From contig NC_043010.1 in NCBI RefSeq assembly GCF_006345805.1, forward strand, positions 19,778,001 through 19,842,000: a stretch of DNA of 64,000 bases, written 5' to 3'. Below the pieces are notes generated by a model. That model did not search any database. It was not told where the DNA came from and saw only the letters and a list, made by a program, of their open reading frames with translations. A program made the position numbers and the translations under genes. Shown here piece by piece: positions 11,384 through 24,288 of this stretch (position 1 is its first letter; the number at the start of each line of letters is the position of its first letter). The DNA comes from Octopus sinensis. Taxonomy: Eukaryota.

Positions 11384-12516
11384 TATTCTACACATTATAT
11401 ATGGCTGTTCTATACCACACACTTATAAAAACAATTACTTAATTTTCTTTCTTTTTCATTGGTTCAAGGTTGCACAATTTACAGCATCAACCTTAGCGTA
11501 TGACAGGTACTTAGCTGGCAAGATGTAGAAGGAAAGTCACTAACTACCATAAGCTATCTAGCCTGGTGCTCTATTATGTCTGTAAATCCATTGATAACAA
11601 TAATTCATTCTACTCTGGACACAAGGCATGAAATTTATTGATAACAATAATTCATTCTACTCTGGACACAAGGCATGAAATTACATGCCCCCCACCAACT
11701 GACCCTGGGAGTGGTGGGGGGAGTATTGGACTGGTACTTTAATTTTATCAACCCTGAAGGGATAAAAACAAAGTTAACATATATAATATTTTATTTCCTA
11801 CAAGGGTGACACTGAGAGAGTAATAGAGGGATGATAATAATAATAATAATAATTTCTGATGCTGACACAGGATATTGATTTGAGGGGACAGCTTTAGTGA
11901 ATTATATGAAACCCAGGGACTTGGATTCATTTTGATGACACCCAGAAGATAAAACGAAAAACTGATTCAGCAGGTCTTTAAGCTCAGAATATGAAAGAAT
12001 GACTAAAGACCACCGTTTTAGCATTTCTGACAATCCCACAAAACTTGGACAAATGACTATAGTTAGTTAAACTAACCCCAGCACATGAGTGGTACTTTAT
12101 TTTATTGACTTGTCTGGAAGAATGAAAGTATAATTTAACCTCAGACTTTAATGAATTTTATCTCCAATTATGTCAGCAGGGGATTGGGAACGGTATAGGT
12201 AGAACAGCGAACTGCATTTTTTGTTGAGTTTGTTCACATTTAAATCCCACAAAGGTCACCTCTGTCTTTTGTCTGCATAAATACCAGTCATATACTGGGG
12301 TTTATTTAATTAACGGACACTGATGTCTTTCAGGTTTCTTCAAGAAATGAGGCTATGGCTGGGAATTTGGAACCAATGTTGTAAGAGACAGTTTAAAGGC
12401 TGTGAATGACCAAAGTCTTTCTGTGAGGTGCAGTGAGCTGATGTGTGGTTCGAGTTGGAAGAAAGAATGATAGAAAAATGTCACAGAAATTCTATAAACA
12501 ATGGGATATGACTTAC

Positions 12517-12575
12517 CTAAAGAAGGTGACAAAAAAATTCACCAGGTCGATATTTCTCTGTTGTGTGAACGTTAT
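12517..12575 (-). CDS. ATRN: Attractin exon w21: juxtamembrane and start of TM (absent from ORF track)
   Basis: cctctcag|ATA...TTT AG|gtaagt; ITFTQQRNIDLVNFFVTFF(S), compare recalled human IAFSQHSNFMDLVQFFVTFFS; phase 0/2. Confidence 0.93.
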
Positions 12576-14012
12576 CTGAGAGGAACAAGAAGAGATAATA
12601 AGCAACAGATTAGTTGGTAACACCAGGAGGGGGGGGGTCCATCATCACTGTCATCATCACTATCATCATCAATGTCATCAACATTGTTACATCTTCAACA
12701 TATCATCATCATCAACAACAACCATCTCATCTTCACTAACCATCTCCATTCAAACATCATCATCACAACCAACCATCTTCACTAAAATCAAAACAAAATC
12801 ATTGTCATCGTCACAAACAACATATTTGCTCAGTCATCTAAGATGTTAGCCTGAGGTGGGGCAACAGGTCAGGTCAGTGGAGGTGGCATGCACCGCTGCA
12901 GTGTGTTGCTGCATTTATTCTTAGTCCATGCAGCATGAGGTCAACCCAGTGAGATTCCTCCATGGAGAGAACATTGTAAGCAAGGTCGAACTTGGAAAAC
13001 CAACCAACAAACTCAGCTGATGCTCCTGAATCATACAATGAACATGACAAGTCCTCCTTTCTGAGTAGAGTCATTGGTTGGATACGAAACGCAACCAATG
13101 GTAACCCATAATCCTGCAAAGCATCCTGGTACTAAGGCTGCTCCTAAGGGCCCTGGACACTGTCCAAGTCTCACAACAACAAAGCAAGACATGGAGGAAA
13201 CCACAAACTATATTCCTGTTGCCACCAACTCTAACTCATTAGGATGACTTGTATTGAATGTTTAGACATGAGGTCCTGAGGCTACTGTGTCCACCTATTG
13301 ATTGTAGGCTGATTCTACAGAAACTTCAGACCAAACAGGAAGTCCTTTATAAAACATGGAGATGACAGAGCATCTAAGACACAGGAAACCATGAATCACC
13401 TCAGAAATATGCAGATAAGAGGCCACACGGTTTCACAGTTACGCCATGTTAGGTTAAGACACTTCTGTGAGAGGTAAGACAACTACGAAATGGTGTTGAC
13501 TTCTATTGCAAACACTCAAGTAAAACTGAAGTTTGGGGATGACCGAGGGGTGGGAAGTCAGAGATCCCCATCCGTAATGCTAACTTCTATTCAGAAGTCA
13601 CATTAATTGCCAGACCGAATGAAGGATCTCTGGACACAGACAAGTCATCAGAGAGGTGACCAAAGATCAAGGTAATATGTCCACACACTGATATATTACC
13701 TCATCATCCTCTTTTCCCTAGTTCATAACTGGTACACTTCCACATGAATAGCAAGTTTGAGCCTGTCATGTTATTCATGGCTCATTTCTCTTTGCTCCAT
13801 TTGTGGCTAGAATTGGCTCGAGCTAAGTTTCCTGGTTCAACAGACAAGTTAAACCAAATAAGAAACAAGAGGTACTGATGGCCCTTATTGACATGGTGAG
13901 TAAGGGATTGTCTACTGAAGCATGGAAAAACAGGCTTAAATTGGAGTTTCAAGAGGAAACAATTGCGTGGTCCACTGTGACACAAAGCAAACATATGCAA
14001 TATCACTCTTTG

Positions 14013-14250
14013 CTTCCTTCTTGTCCATCTGTTATATTTCAGTTGCACAATGTGGCCAACCCATCTATAATTGTATTCTTTGATGGTTCTTATGATGATG
14101 CCGACTCTTGTAATGCTGTTGAATCCAGGCATTGGTTTTCATGCTCTGTAATGTAATGTTGAGCATGATTCGTTCCTTTCTCTGATTGGCTACAATGAGA
14201 GCATTCATGATGGTAGGTCTGAGAACCAATGTTTCACTACTATAAATCCA
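14013..14250 (-). mobile_element. RTE-type LINE RT C-terminal relic
   Basis: IYSSETLVL...ERIMLNITLQ...NAWI / IIIRTIKEYNYRWVGHIVQLKYNRWT (frameshifted). Confidence 0.7.
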
Positions 14251-14329
14251 TCTCTCACTAAGCATAACACACACACACACACATAGAAAAAAAAAACAAC
14301 AGAGGAAAAAAGTAAAAAAATAAACTAAC

Positions 14330-14481
14330 CTGCAAAGAAAATGGTGTTTTGAAGCCATATACATATACATAAAAGGTGGTGTTATCAGTTTCTCCGAATG
14401 TGTATTGTTTGTGGGAAAATTTCATTTTGTAATTATAGCACCGAGCACCGGAGTCCAATATTTTACCAGCTGGTTCGGAAG
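14330..14481 (-). CDS. ATRN: Attractin exon w20
   Basis: tcttccag|CT TCC...CAG|gttagt; TSEPAGKILDSGARCYNYKMKFSHKQYTFGETDNTTFYVYVYGFKTPFSLQ; phase 1/0. Confidence 0.92.
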
Positions 14482-14577
14482 CTGGAAGAAAGAAACACAC
14501 AAAGGATGACGATTATATACAAATGATGGAAAAAAGTTTATAGATAAAAGAGGACAGAAAAAAAAAAAAGGATTGAG

Positions 14578-14708
14578 TGTGGCTGTGTGGTAAGAAACTT
14601 GCTTCTCAACCACATGGTTCTGGGTTCAGTCCCACTACGTGGCACCTTGGGCCAACCAAAGCTTTGTGAGTGGATTTGGTAGACAGAAACTGAAAGAAGC
14701 CTGTCGTG

Positions 14709-14751
<43 letters not shown>

Positions 14752-15014
14752 GAGAGAGAGAGAGAGAGATACATATGTATATATATATTTATGTATGTAT
14801 GCATGTATTTGTGTGTCTGTGTTTGTCCTTCCACCATCGCTTGACAAGCAATGCTGGTGTGTTTACGTCCCCGTAACTCAGAGATTCGACAAAAGAGACC
14901 GATGGAATAAGTACTTGGCTTACAAAGAATAAGTCCTGGGGTTGATTTGTTTGACTGAAGGTGGTGCCCCAGCATGGCCACAATCAAATGACTGAAACAA
15001 GCAAACGAATAAAA

Positions 15015-15018
<4 letters not shown>
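14578..15018 (+). mobile_element. SINE family A copy
   Basis: Box A/B-like head, internal (TA)n(GA)n(TATG)n, aataaaagaat tail. Confidence 0.85.
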
Positions 15019-15057
<39 letters not shown>

Positions 15058-15060
15058 GGT

Positions 15061-15540
15061 GCAACAAGGTCACCAATGTTGAAGCGCAGGCGAATTCTCA
15101 AAGCATGACAGCTATCTTGCATATGAGAAGGGTGAGGTGGCTGGGACATGTCAGGAGAATGGATGACCATCGAATCCCGTATAAACTGCTCTATAGAGAA
15201 CTGGCCCAGGATAAGAAACCAAGAGCAAGACCAAAACTGAGGTATAAGGACACTTGCAAAACTAGTTTGTCCAAGTGTGAGGTGGATGTCAGCAACTGGG
15301 AAGAAAGGGCTGAGGACAGAACAACATGGAGAACTGTGGTGAAGGAAGGAACTGCTTCGCTAGAGAGCAGCTACAGAAACAAACAAGTTGAGAAGCGTCA
15401 GCGGCGAAAGGAAAACAACAGAAATGCAGAGCGCCAAGCCACCCTCCTGGTATGCAAGTACTGTGACAGAAGCTGCGCTTCAATCATAGGAAGAATCAGC
15501 CATGAAAGAAGTTGCAAGAAAGGGAGCCCCGGATATGTTC
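15061..15540 (+). mobile_element. 5'-truncated RTE (BovB-like) LINE 3' end with C2H2 finger
   Basis: RRVRWLGHVRRMDDHRIPYKLLYREL...RPKLRYKD...DRTTWR...CKYCDRSCASIIGRISHERSC; starts directly after (TA)n. Confidence 0.9.
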
Positions 15541-16334
15541 AATTAAGGGTCAATTGTTATTATTATATATATAATGTAAAGGAATAGGGATTTGGAATCT
15601 GGGCAGATACCTTAGCACTCTGATATAATCCAGATCTGGCTAACCACATCAAATGATAGGGAACATACAGAATTTAACTGGTACTTCATTCACAAGGCAA
15701 ACCCTGAGTTCACTTCAATGAATTTTAAACAGCATTCAGAGTAGAGAATCAAGACAACATCAAGAAGAATATAGAGAATTATACATGAAGGTTATTTATT
15801 ACAGAATTAGTCTTGTATTATTAATGAGAATTATTCTGCAGTAAACAAATTTTGGAAGATGTGCAATTCTCCATTGTCCTTTATGATGTCTCGGTTATGG
15901 CTACACCAACAATCAAAGACATTCTAGATGTGACAATCCTAGTTTTATTCAGCTAGTGCATCAAGAAGCCAGAACTGCATTAGCCAATGTGCTGTCCCTT
16001 TTGTGATTCGAAGAATTCTGAGCACATCAAGTGGCAATAAAAGAGCTTTCTCAACTGCTTCGTGGTCATGCTATAAATCCACTTAATCAAGTTCTGCCTT
16101 AACGACCACCTCATAATTGGCTCATATCTTAACAGAATGCTCAACAAAACCGAAATACAATAATTATTTCATTTCACACTACTCCCACATGTCATCACTC
16201 CCACCCACCACAAACACAACACGCCCTTATTACTATACTAAACCACAACATACCATCACTGTCATACTAAACAACATGTCTTCACTGCTACACTACAGTC
16301 GTTACATGTTTTTCCCATCACTACATTAAAGACC

Positions 16335-16655
16335 CACTTCCAGTCATAAATGACCATGGGATGGCACCTAGAAAGTTCCCCTCCAAGGCACAAGGCCAGA
16401 CAAGGCTGTTCATGGGAGGCCAGCAGTCACCCATGCATATCAGCCTCCTCTCTTCAAGCCACCAATGATATCCAAGGGAAAGGCAAAGGCTGATACAGCT
16501 TGGCACCAGTGACATCACAACTCATTTCTACAGCTGAGTGAACTGGAGCACCATGAAATAAAGTGTCTTGCTCAAGAACACAACACACAACCTAGTCCAG
16601 GAATCAAGCTCACTACCTCACAGTTATAAGCTTGATGCTCTAACCAGTGAGCCAG
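16335..16655 (-). mobile_element. tRNA-derived SINE family D
   Basis: Minus head ggctcactggttagagcatc...ttgattcctggact, body tgtgttcttgagcaagacacttt...ctccagttcactcagctgta. Confidence 0.65.
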
Positions 16656-16869
16656 CCTTTACCATCACTACATTACACCTTCTATAAAAGTCAGAACCAT
16701 GTTGTATCCTTGATATTGTATCTTAACAATCAATTAGCTAACTCCACAGGAAACATCTACTTTAGCAGAAGTGGGAAATTCTACTACTACTAGTACGACT
16801 ACTACTACTACTTCTTACTGCTGCCGTCATTGTCCATTATTATCCCCACCAATATTATCGTTATAACTG

Positions 16870-17317
16870 AAGGCAGCAGGCTGACAGAATCATTAGCATG
16901 CCAGGCGAAATGCTGAGTGACATTTTGTTTGTCTTCACACACTGTGTTCAAATTCCACCGAGGTTTATGTTGCCTTTCATTCTTTATAAAATAAAGACCA
17001 GTTTTCGCACTGGACTCAAAGTAATCAACTCACTTTGCTGGCCTTGTGCCAAAATTTTACATCATTATCATTATCATTATTATCATCATCATTTAAGGCA
17101 GTGAGCTGGCAGAATCGTTAGCACACTGGACAAAATGCTTAGCGATATTTTGCCCATCGCTACATTCTGAGTTCAAATTCCATCAAGGTCAACTTTGCTT
17201 TTCATCCTTTCAGGGTCAACAGAATGAGTACCAGTGAAAAACTGGGGTTGATGTAAATGACTCATTCCCTCCCACAAAATATCAGGCCTTGTGCCTTTAG
17301 TAGAAAGAATTATTGTA

Positions 17318-17364
<47 letters not shown>

Positions 17365-17570
17365 AGGCTGTGAGCTGGCAGAGTTGTTATCATGCTGGAC
17401 AAAATGCATAGCAGCATTTCATCTGTCTTCACATTATGAGTTCAAATTCCGCCGAGGTTGACTTAGCCTCTTATCCTTTTGAAGTCGATAGAATAAGAAT
17501 CAGCCAACTTAATTCTCTCACTCTCTCCCGCAAAATTGCTGGCCTTGTGCCAAAGTTTGAAACCAACATT
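16870..17570 (+). mobile_element. Three tandem copies of tRNA-SINE family B separated by (ATT)n/(CAT)n
   Basis: Repeated aaggc.gtgagctggcagaatcgttagca...gagttcaaattcc.ccgaggt..ac.ttgcctttcatcctt; central part resembles the Meta/Sauria-type domain (recalled). Confidence 0.8.
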
Positions 17571-17708
17571 ATCATTATGATTGTCGCCCTCTCCATCTTT
17601 GCCATCACCCTTGCTACCACCGCTGTTGCTACTGTCATCACCACCACCTCCTCCTCCACCATATAAACCAGGCGATGTGTGTAAGAGAGTTTAATGAGAA
17701 GGACTTAC

Positions 17709-17778
17709 TTGAGTTATACGATATATTGAGATTTGCAAATCGAGAACAATTTACTGAGAAGTCAACATCACGGTCACC
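17709..17778 (-). CDS. ATRN: Attractin exon w19 (absent from ORF track)
   Basis: tttcttag|GGT...TCA A|gtaagt; GDRDVDFSVNCSRFANLNISYNS; phase 0/1. Confidence 0.92.
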
Positions 17779-18303
17779 CTAAGAAATCAGAAAGAAAAGG
17801 AAATAGTTAAAACCGTTAATGATGGTCATTACAACAGATTTTCACTTTTTTGTACTAACCCGACAACAACAACAACACAAGACCTAAATCTTTATTCAAA
17901 AAATTTCAATATACATCATCATTTAATGTCTGCATTCCATGCAGAAGATTACCCCCAGGCTACTGTGTCTGTTCTGACAGGGTTTTTAACGGGTATTGTA
18001 GTCGTTTGCATTTATCTGTGTGTTTGCAAAATTACTGGAAAACGGCTGAATGGATTCCCACCAAATTTGGCAGATCATCATCATTGGGTAAGTGGCTGGA
18101 ACTCATGAAATTTGGGCTTGGTGAATCAGTGTTTTTCCTTTTTTTTTTCTTTGCAGAAACGATAAGTAAGGGAAATAACTCTTGAGGCCATTTTGTTGAA
18201 CTATGAATTCATCTAAGATTATTAAATTTTATTTTATCCTTGTGTGCGTGCAGGATATGCATCGCTCCTTTGATGCCCTTTTTTTCCCCATTATTATTAT
18301 TAT

Positions 18304-18490
18304 TAAGGCAGTGAGTTGGCAGAATCGTTAACATGCCAGACAAAATGCTTTGCAACACTTCATTTGTCTTTGTGTTTTGAGTTCAAATTCTGCCACGGTC
18401 GAATTTCCCTTTCATTCTCGTGGAGTCGATGAAACAAGTTCCAGTCAAGTACTGGGATCAATGTAATTGACTTACCCACTCCCACAGGAG
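18304..18490 (+). mobile_element. SINE family B copy
   Basis: Same head and central domain, flanked by (ATT)n. Confidence 0.8.
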
Positions 18491-18554
18491 GAAGGATTAT
18501 TATTATTATTATCATCATTATTATTATTATTATTAATACTACTACTACTACTAC

Positions 18555-19125
18555 AAGTTTTTCCTCTTACAATTTTGTTTCCATTTCTTGCCGAATGTCT
18601 TCCCAACACCTAGGGCAAAGAAACTCACAGTATACATTAAAATAAATGCATCAAGTTGTTCATTTACAAAGTCAAAGTTAAGTAGAAAACAATTATTTAC
18701 ATGAGTGGTAAACGTTCTCACAGCAACAATGCTCTTCTCAATCCATGTGACACAGATGTTAAAACAATCTTTCACACTTCTTGCAAGAATGGTAAAGCAG
18801 GGATCACTCTCAAATTTTCAGTTCTCTTTTTGATCATCTCAAGTGCTTCTACTTTGAGATGCCACATTTTCCCAATTTCAATGAGCAAATCTTTATATTT
18901 TCTGAGCTTGTCCTATTCTTTTGCCAAGATACTATGATCACAAGGGATACTCATCTCGATCAAAAGACTCAATTATTTTGGTCTTTTATAACAATATCTG
19001 GTTTATTAGCTTTGATTGGTTCCATCTATGTACTGGAAAGTTCCAAAAGAGACTTTTCATTACAGACAGAACCTCAGGGTGATGCTTATACCACTTATCA
19101 ACAGCTTTGATTTTATAATGCCAAA
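18555..19125 (-). mobile_element. RLE-type (R4/NeSL-like) non-LTR element 3' relic
   Basis: Frameshifted DKWYKHHPE...IKANKPDIVIKD...SIPCD...DKLRKYKDLLIEIGKMW...LRRAL, then 3' UTR and microsatellite. Confidence 0.75.
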
Positions 19126-19596
19126 ATATTAACCAGCGTAGATATGGACCAACTCTATCAAGTCTTGATATATATGTATATATATTTATAAATAAAAATA
19201 ATATCGATATTACCAAGTGGCCAGCATGGGAATAAATACCATACATAGGTAATAATTTTCCACAACTATAAATAAAGGTATCTGAGGTGGTGTCTCTCAG
19301 ATACCCTTATTTATATATATATTTATTTATTATTATTATTGTTATTATTATTATTGTTATTATTATTGTTGTTGTTGTTATTATTATTCAGTAGTTTTAT
19401 TTTTATAGCATGCTTTCACTTCACTACCAAGCACAGCTCTGTGTGCCTTGGGTATGTGCTGTGTTTTGTTGTGATGCTCTGATGGTTACTGTATTGAAAG
19501 TGTTTTGTGTAGGATGTGGGCAGTGCCCAGTAGTGCAATTTTCTGTATGTTATATGTGTTTGTAAGTCCTGGTGTTTTTGTTATGTATTTGTATGA

Positions 19597-19631
<35 letters not shown>

Positions 19632-19753
19632 GTTCCTAGACTAACATAATGACAGAATCCGCAGTAGAAGAACTGAAGGGAGCCAATCTCAGAGTTGTCT
19701 CCCAGAGATGAGATTGATGTTTATTAAGAGAGGAATGGAGAATAACGACTTAC

Positions 19754-19848
19754 GGCAGAAGGACGATTCATGAAGTTGATTTGAGTGTAATAGTGATCAT
19801 TTGGTTTAGACAGGTTGAAGGTAAACTGGTAATCTGTTAATAACTGAT
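19754..19848 (-). CDS. ATRN: Attractin exon w18
   Basis: ttttttag|AT CAG...GCC|gtaagt; YQLLTDYQFTFNLSKPNDHYYTQINFMNRPSA; phase 1/0. Confidence 0.93.
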
Positions 19849-20316
19849 CTAAAAAAATATAATCAGACAGAGAAATAAATGAGTTACATATACACACATA
19901 CCATACGACATACAGTGAAAATGCATAATATATATTAAGGATCACACAATATGCATTCTCTCCATACCCACACATACACACCAACCAGCAGCTCCTGGAC
20001 CCTGAATTCATATCAATTGCAAGAATATCATTGTGTTTCTAGATCAGACTTACCACTATCCACCAAAGAACCTGTCTACCTCTGTCCATCTAATACTCTA
20101 CCACAGTCGACTTGACAGTCTCTTATACCACTGTCCCTTTAATACTGTCTACCATTAATCCCTTGCTATGGCAGAACAAAAGATTTTCAGTCAGTGTCAC
20201 CATTACTCTTAACTAACATCCTTTCCAAGCAATTTCAATTTCATTTCCTCTGAAGTGAATCTCTTCCTCTGTGAAAGAACTAACCTTCATCATAATTTAC
20301 TTATGATTCAATTCAG

Positions 20317-20358
<42 letters not shown>

Positions 20359-20359
20359 T

Positions 20360-20840
20360 ATCATGATCGTCATTTAACGTCTGCTTTCCATGCTAGTATG
20401 AGTTGGGCGGTTTGACTGAGGGCTGGTGAGCCAGATGGCTGCAACAGGTTCCAGTCTGATCTGGCAGAGTTTCTACAGCTGGATGCCCTTCCTAACGCCA
20501 ACCACTCCAAGAGTGTAGCGGGTGCTTTTATGTGCCACCGGCACGAGGGCCAGTCAGGCGGTACTGGCAACGACCTCACTCAAATCTTTTTACACATGCC
20601 AATGGCACAGGTGCCAGTAAGGCGATGTTGGTAATGATCCCACTCAAATGGTGCCTCCTACATGCCACCGGTACGGAAGCCAGTTAGCCACTCTAGGAAC
20701 GATCACGCTGGGATGTTGCTCTTAGCACCCTACTAGCACGGGGCACAAGTGCCAGTAAGGTGAAGCTGGTATCAATCACACTTGAATGGTGCCTTTTATG
20801 TGTCACTGGCACAGAAGCCGGTTAGCCGCTCTGTCAATGA
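20360..20840 (-). mobile_element. RTE 3' UTR copy (family C, (ATG)n tail); more than 15 copies in window
   Basis: ttaacgtc.gctttccatgctag...ctggatgcccttcctaacgccaaccactcc; other copies near 7376, 22790, 29105, 32750, 34858, 43380, 53535, 54568, 56405, 56605, 57660, 58380, 61320, 63570. Confidence 0.8.
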
Positions 20841-21153
20841 TATATATATATATATATATATCCCATAATTACATGACCGAAGGGACTGTTGTGACACATT
20901 ACTGGCTGCAATGAACTTTGCATTATTTTAGCCTTCAAATGATGCTGCCTCGCTGGCTAGGTGAGCAGGCCAATATTTCCTGCAGACCAGAAAGGGGACT
21001 GGGGTAATGTGTAAAGAAGTGCTTTTCTGAAGAACACAATGCACCACCCAGTCTGGGAAGAGAACCCACAATCTAGTAATTGTGAGTGCAACAGCCTGAC
21101 CACTAGGCCAAGTGCCTTCACTATCCCTCCCTCTCTCACTCTCTCTCTCTCTC

Positions 21154-21177
21154 TATATATATATATATGATGATGAT

Positions 21178-21221
<44 letters not shown>

Positions 21222-21235
21222 TATATAAATATATC

Positions 21236-21276
<41 letters not shown>

Positions 21277-21356
21277 TATATAAATATATCATATACATAT
21301 ATATATATATATAATATATATATATATAATATATATATAAATATATCATATACATA

Positions 21357-21393
<37 letters not shown>

Positions 21394-21871
21394 ATATACA
21401 TATATATATAAATATATCATATACATATTATATATATTATATATATATATTATACATATATATATAAATATTCATATACATATATAATATATATATATTA
21501 TATATATATATATACATCATATATAATACATATATATATAAATATATCATATACATATAATATATATATATATTATAATATATATATACATCATATATAT
21601 ATACATATATATATAAATATATCATATACATATATATATATATATATACATCATATATATATACATATATATAAATATATCATATACATATATATATATA
21701 TATATACATCATATATATAACATATATATATAAATATATCATATACATATATATATATATATATATATACATCATATATATATATATATATATATATATC
21801 ATCATATATATATATATATACATCATATATATATATATATATATATATATCATCATATATATATATATATA

Positions 21872-21909
<38 letters not shown>

Positions 21910-22044
21910 TATATATATATATATATACATCATATATATTATATAATATACATCATATTATATATATATCTATATATATATATACATATATATACATCTT
22001 ATACATATATATATACATCATATACATACATATATATATACATC

Positions 22045-22085
<41 letters not shown>
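21154..22085. repeat. ~0.9 kb TA-based compound microsatellite (tacatcatata motif)
   Basis: Directly visible. Confidence 0.95.
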
Positions 22086-22093
<8 letters not shown>

Positions 22094-22155
22094 TGCAGAT
22101 TTCAAATGAAGACATGTAATAGAATATGAAAATAGCACAAAAATGAACCACTTAC

Positions 22156-22211
22156 AATAGCAAGTTCCACCATCATTTGGGTTCCCAATATATTTTTCTG
22201 ATGTGTCACAC
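22156..22211 (-). CDS. ATRN: Attractin exon w17: laminin-EGF 2 end (absent from ORF track)
   Basis: aactctag|G TGT...TAT T|gtaagt; CDTSEKYIGNPNDGGTCY; phase 2/1. Confidence 0.92.
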
Positions 22212-22485
22212 CTAGAGTTTAAAATAGAAACCGTAAACAGTTAGAGGTTATAAATCTGGAATTGACAAGTCAATGCACAAATACTTACATATATCGGCAT
22301 TTTTGGGATGATTAATGTCCCTGTTAGTGAATATGTTTACATTTATGTGTGTTGACTACAGCATTGGAGTATTTTAGCTCTTATTTCTTGCAATGTAGGT
22401 GTTTCTAACACCCTAGTCACATTTAATGACAATTATGATTCTCCCTTTTTGGTGAAACATTGCAAACTGCTGTTCATATTAATTT

Positions 22486-22529
<44 letters not shown>

Positions 22530-23078
22530 CATACTGAAAACTTACCAGAAACTGAAGCAGTCCCACCAATCTGGGAGGTAGCACAAAGGTTAGAGAGTGC
22601 CCTTGACAAAGTTATAGTATATTTTTAAATGATTTGTAACTTAGGCACAAGGCTTACACACTTCAATGCGTGAAGGACATACTTGACTGGATCTTGTCCC
22701 AGCACTCGACTGTTACATTTAACAATCTAGGCAGAATGAGTGTTTAACTTGACATTAGCAGGATTACAAATACAAAACAGACCTTGCCAGTGCTGGTGTC
22801 AGGTAAAAAGCACCAAGTCCACTCTGTAAAGTGTTTGGCATTAGGAAGGGCATCCAGCCATAAAAAAAAACCATGCCAAAACAGACAGTGGAGCTTGGTG
22901 TAGTCCTCTGGCTTGCCAGCTCCTGTGGAACAGTCCAACTATCGCCAGCATAGAATATGGATGATAATGATGAAGGACACAAAGATACATATAACTAAGT
23001 GGCGTAAGTCATTCTCTGTCTGATCCCCACCGAGTCAACCATAATGTTACATCTCTATTGGATCCTTCATCCATCATA

Positions 23079-23298
23079 TTAACCCTTTTGTTACTGTGTT
23101 TCTGTTGAGATGCTCTGTGATTTTTTCAATTGATTTTAAATATAACAAAGAATTTAGTAAAATAACTTAATTATCATTCAGCTAGTGTTAGGAACATGAA
23201 TTGTGACTAAGGTTTGGTGGAAGATTTTAATTCAAAACTTATGAAAACAAGACATTTGTACTACAGAGCCACTGCTGGGTTGGTAACGAAAGGGTTAA
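23079..23298. mobile_element. piggyBac-like MITE family 2
   Basis: TTAA|CCCTTTTGTTAC...GTAACGAAAGGG|TTAA; body nearly identical to 33916-34144. Confidence 0.8.
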
Positions 23299-23987
23299 AT
23301 AGACATGGAAATGTTGCATGGGTAAGTAAAGATTGTGTCGTTTTTACAAAACAAAAAGTAACTACAGATTTTTTTTCCCTTTTAAATTGTTTTAATTATT
23401 TTTTTTAACTATTAACCTTTTCTTTAAAAATGACTGATGAACAATATTGAACAACTAAGGTCAGTGTTTATTAAAAGATAAAAACTGAATGAAGTGGGTA
23501 CAGTAAGAGAAATTGGCCAGCCACAAAGGTTTCTATCATTGTATAGTAAACATAAGACAATTTAACCTGATTAAACACATTCTTCTGCAAAGTAGCTTCA
23601 TCTACAATTCTGCTAATTAAGTGATCTGAATTATTTAAGTGTGATGGACAAACTCAATACAAGGAGGAGAATATATAGGCTTGATTTTGAAGCTGAATCT
23701 CTACAAATTACAATAAATTTATGTTTCTGATTCTCAAATAAATTTGAGATTGAAATAGCATTGCCATTTTATAAACAAGACTGACTGAATCATAATAATT
23801 CAATCAGTCTGTTTTATACAGTGCAGTACAAATCTCAGATTTATCTGGGAATTGGAAAATAGGAAAGTAGGAGAGGTAATTTGTGGGGTTTCAGTTTATT
23901 TATATATATATATATATATATATAATGTCATCATCATTTATATTAGAAAGAGAGACAGAGAGAAGAGAAAGATGCGTTCAAACTCAC

Positions 23988-24081
23988 CATTCACATTTCT
24001 TGCCAACCACTCCTCGTGTGCCACAGTGACAGTTCCCTGACTGTTCATCACATAGTTTAGCTTGCTTGTTACAGTTACAGG
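23988..24081 (-). CDS. ATRN: Attractin exon w16: laminin-EGF 2
   Basis: ttctacag|CC TGT...GAA TG|gtgagt; PCNCNKQAKLCDEQSGNCHCGTRGVVGKKCEW; phase 1/2. Confidence 0.92.
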
Positions 24082-24250
24082 CTGTAGAATCGGTTGGGAT
24101 ATAGAACAGATTATAGATGTAAATAAAAGATTGAAGTGGAACATCAAAAAAGTTAACAGAAAAATATAAAGAGTAAATAAACACGGAAATCTTCTTCTCA
24201 GCCTGGGAAACCAGACTCAAGCATAGTCTCAGTACTTAACAGATATATAC

Positions 24251-24288
<38 letters not shown>

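Noticed and set aside
12830-13700. Possible RTE 5' region or endonuclease relic
   Set aside because: Only scattered weak resemblances; cannot be supported without alignment.
15105-15587. 160-aa zinc-finger ORF as a host gene
   Set aside because: Typical RTE ORF C-terminus, 5'-truncated.
18551-18775. ORF KDCFNICVTW...NFDFVNEQLDAFILMY resembling an attractin exon
   Set aside because: Off-frame reading of an RLE LINE relic and its UTR; the true exons are 17709-17778 and 14330-14481.
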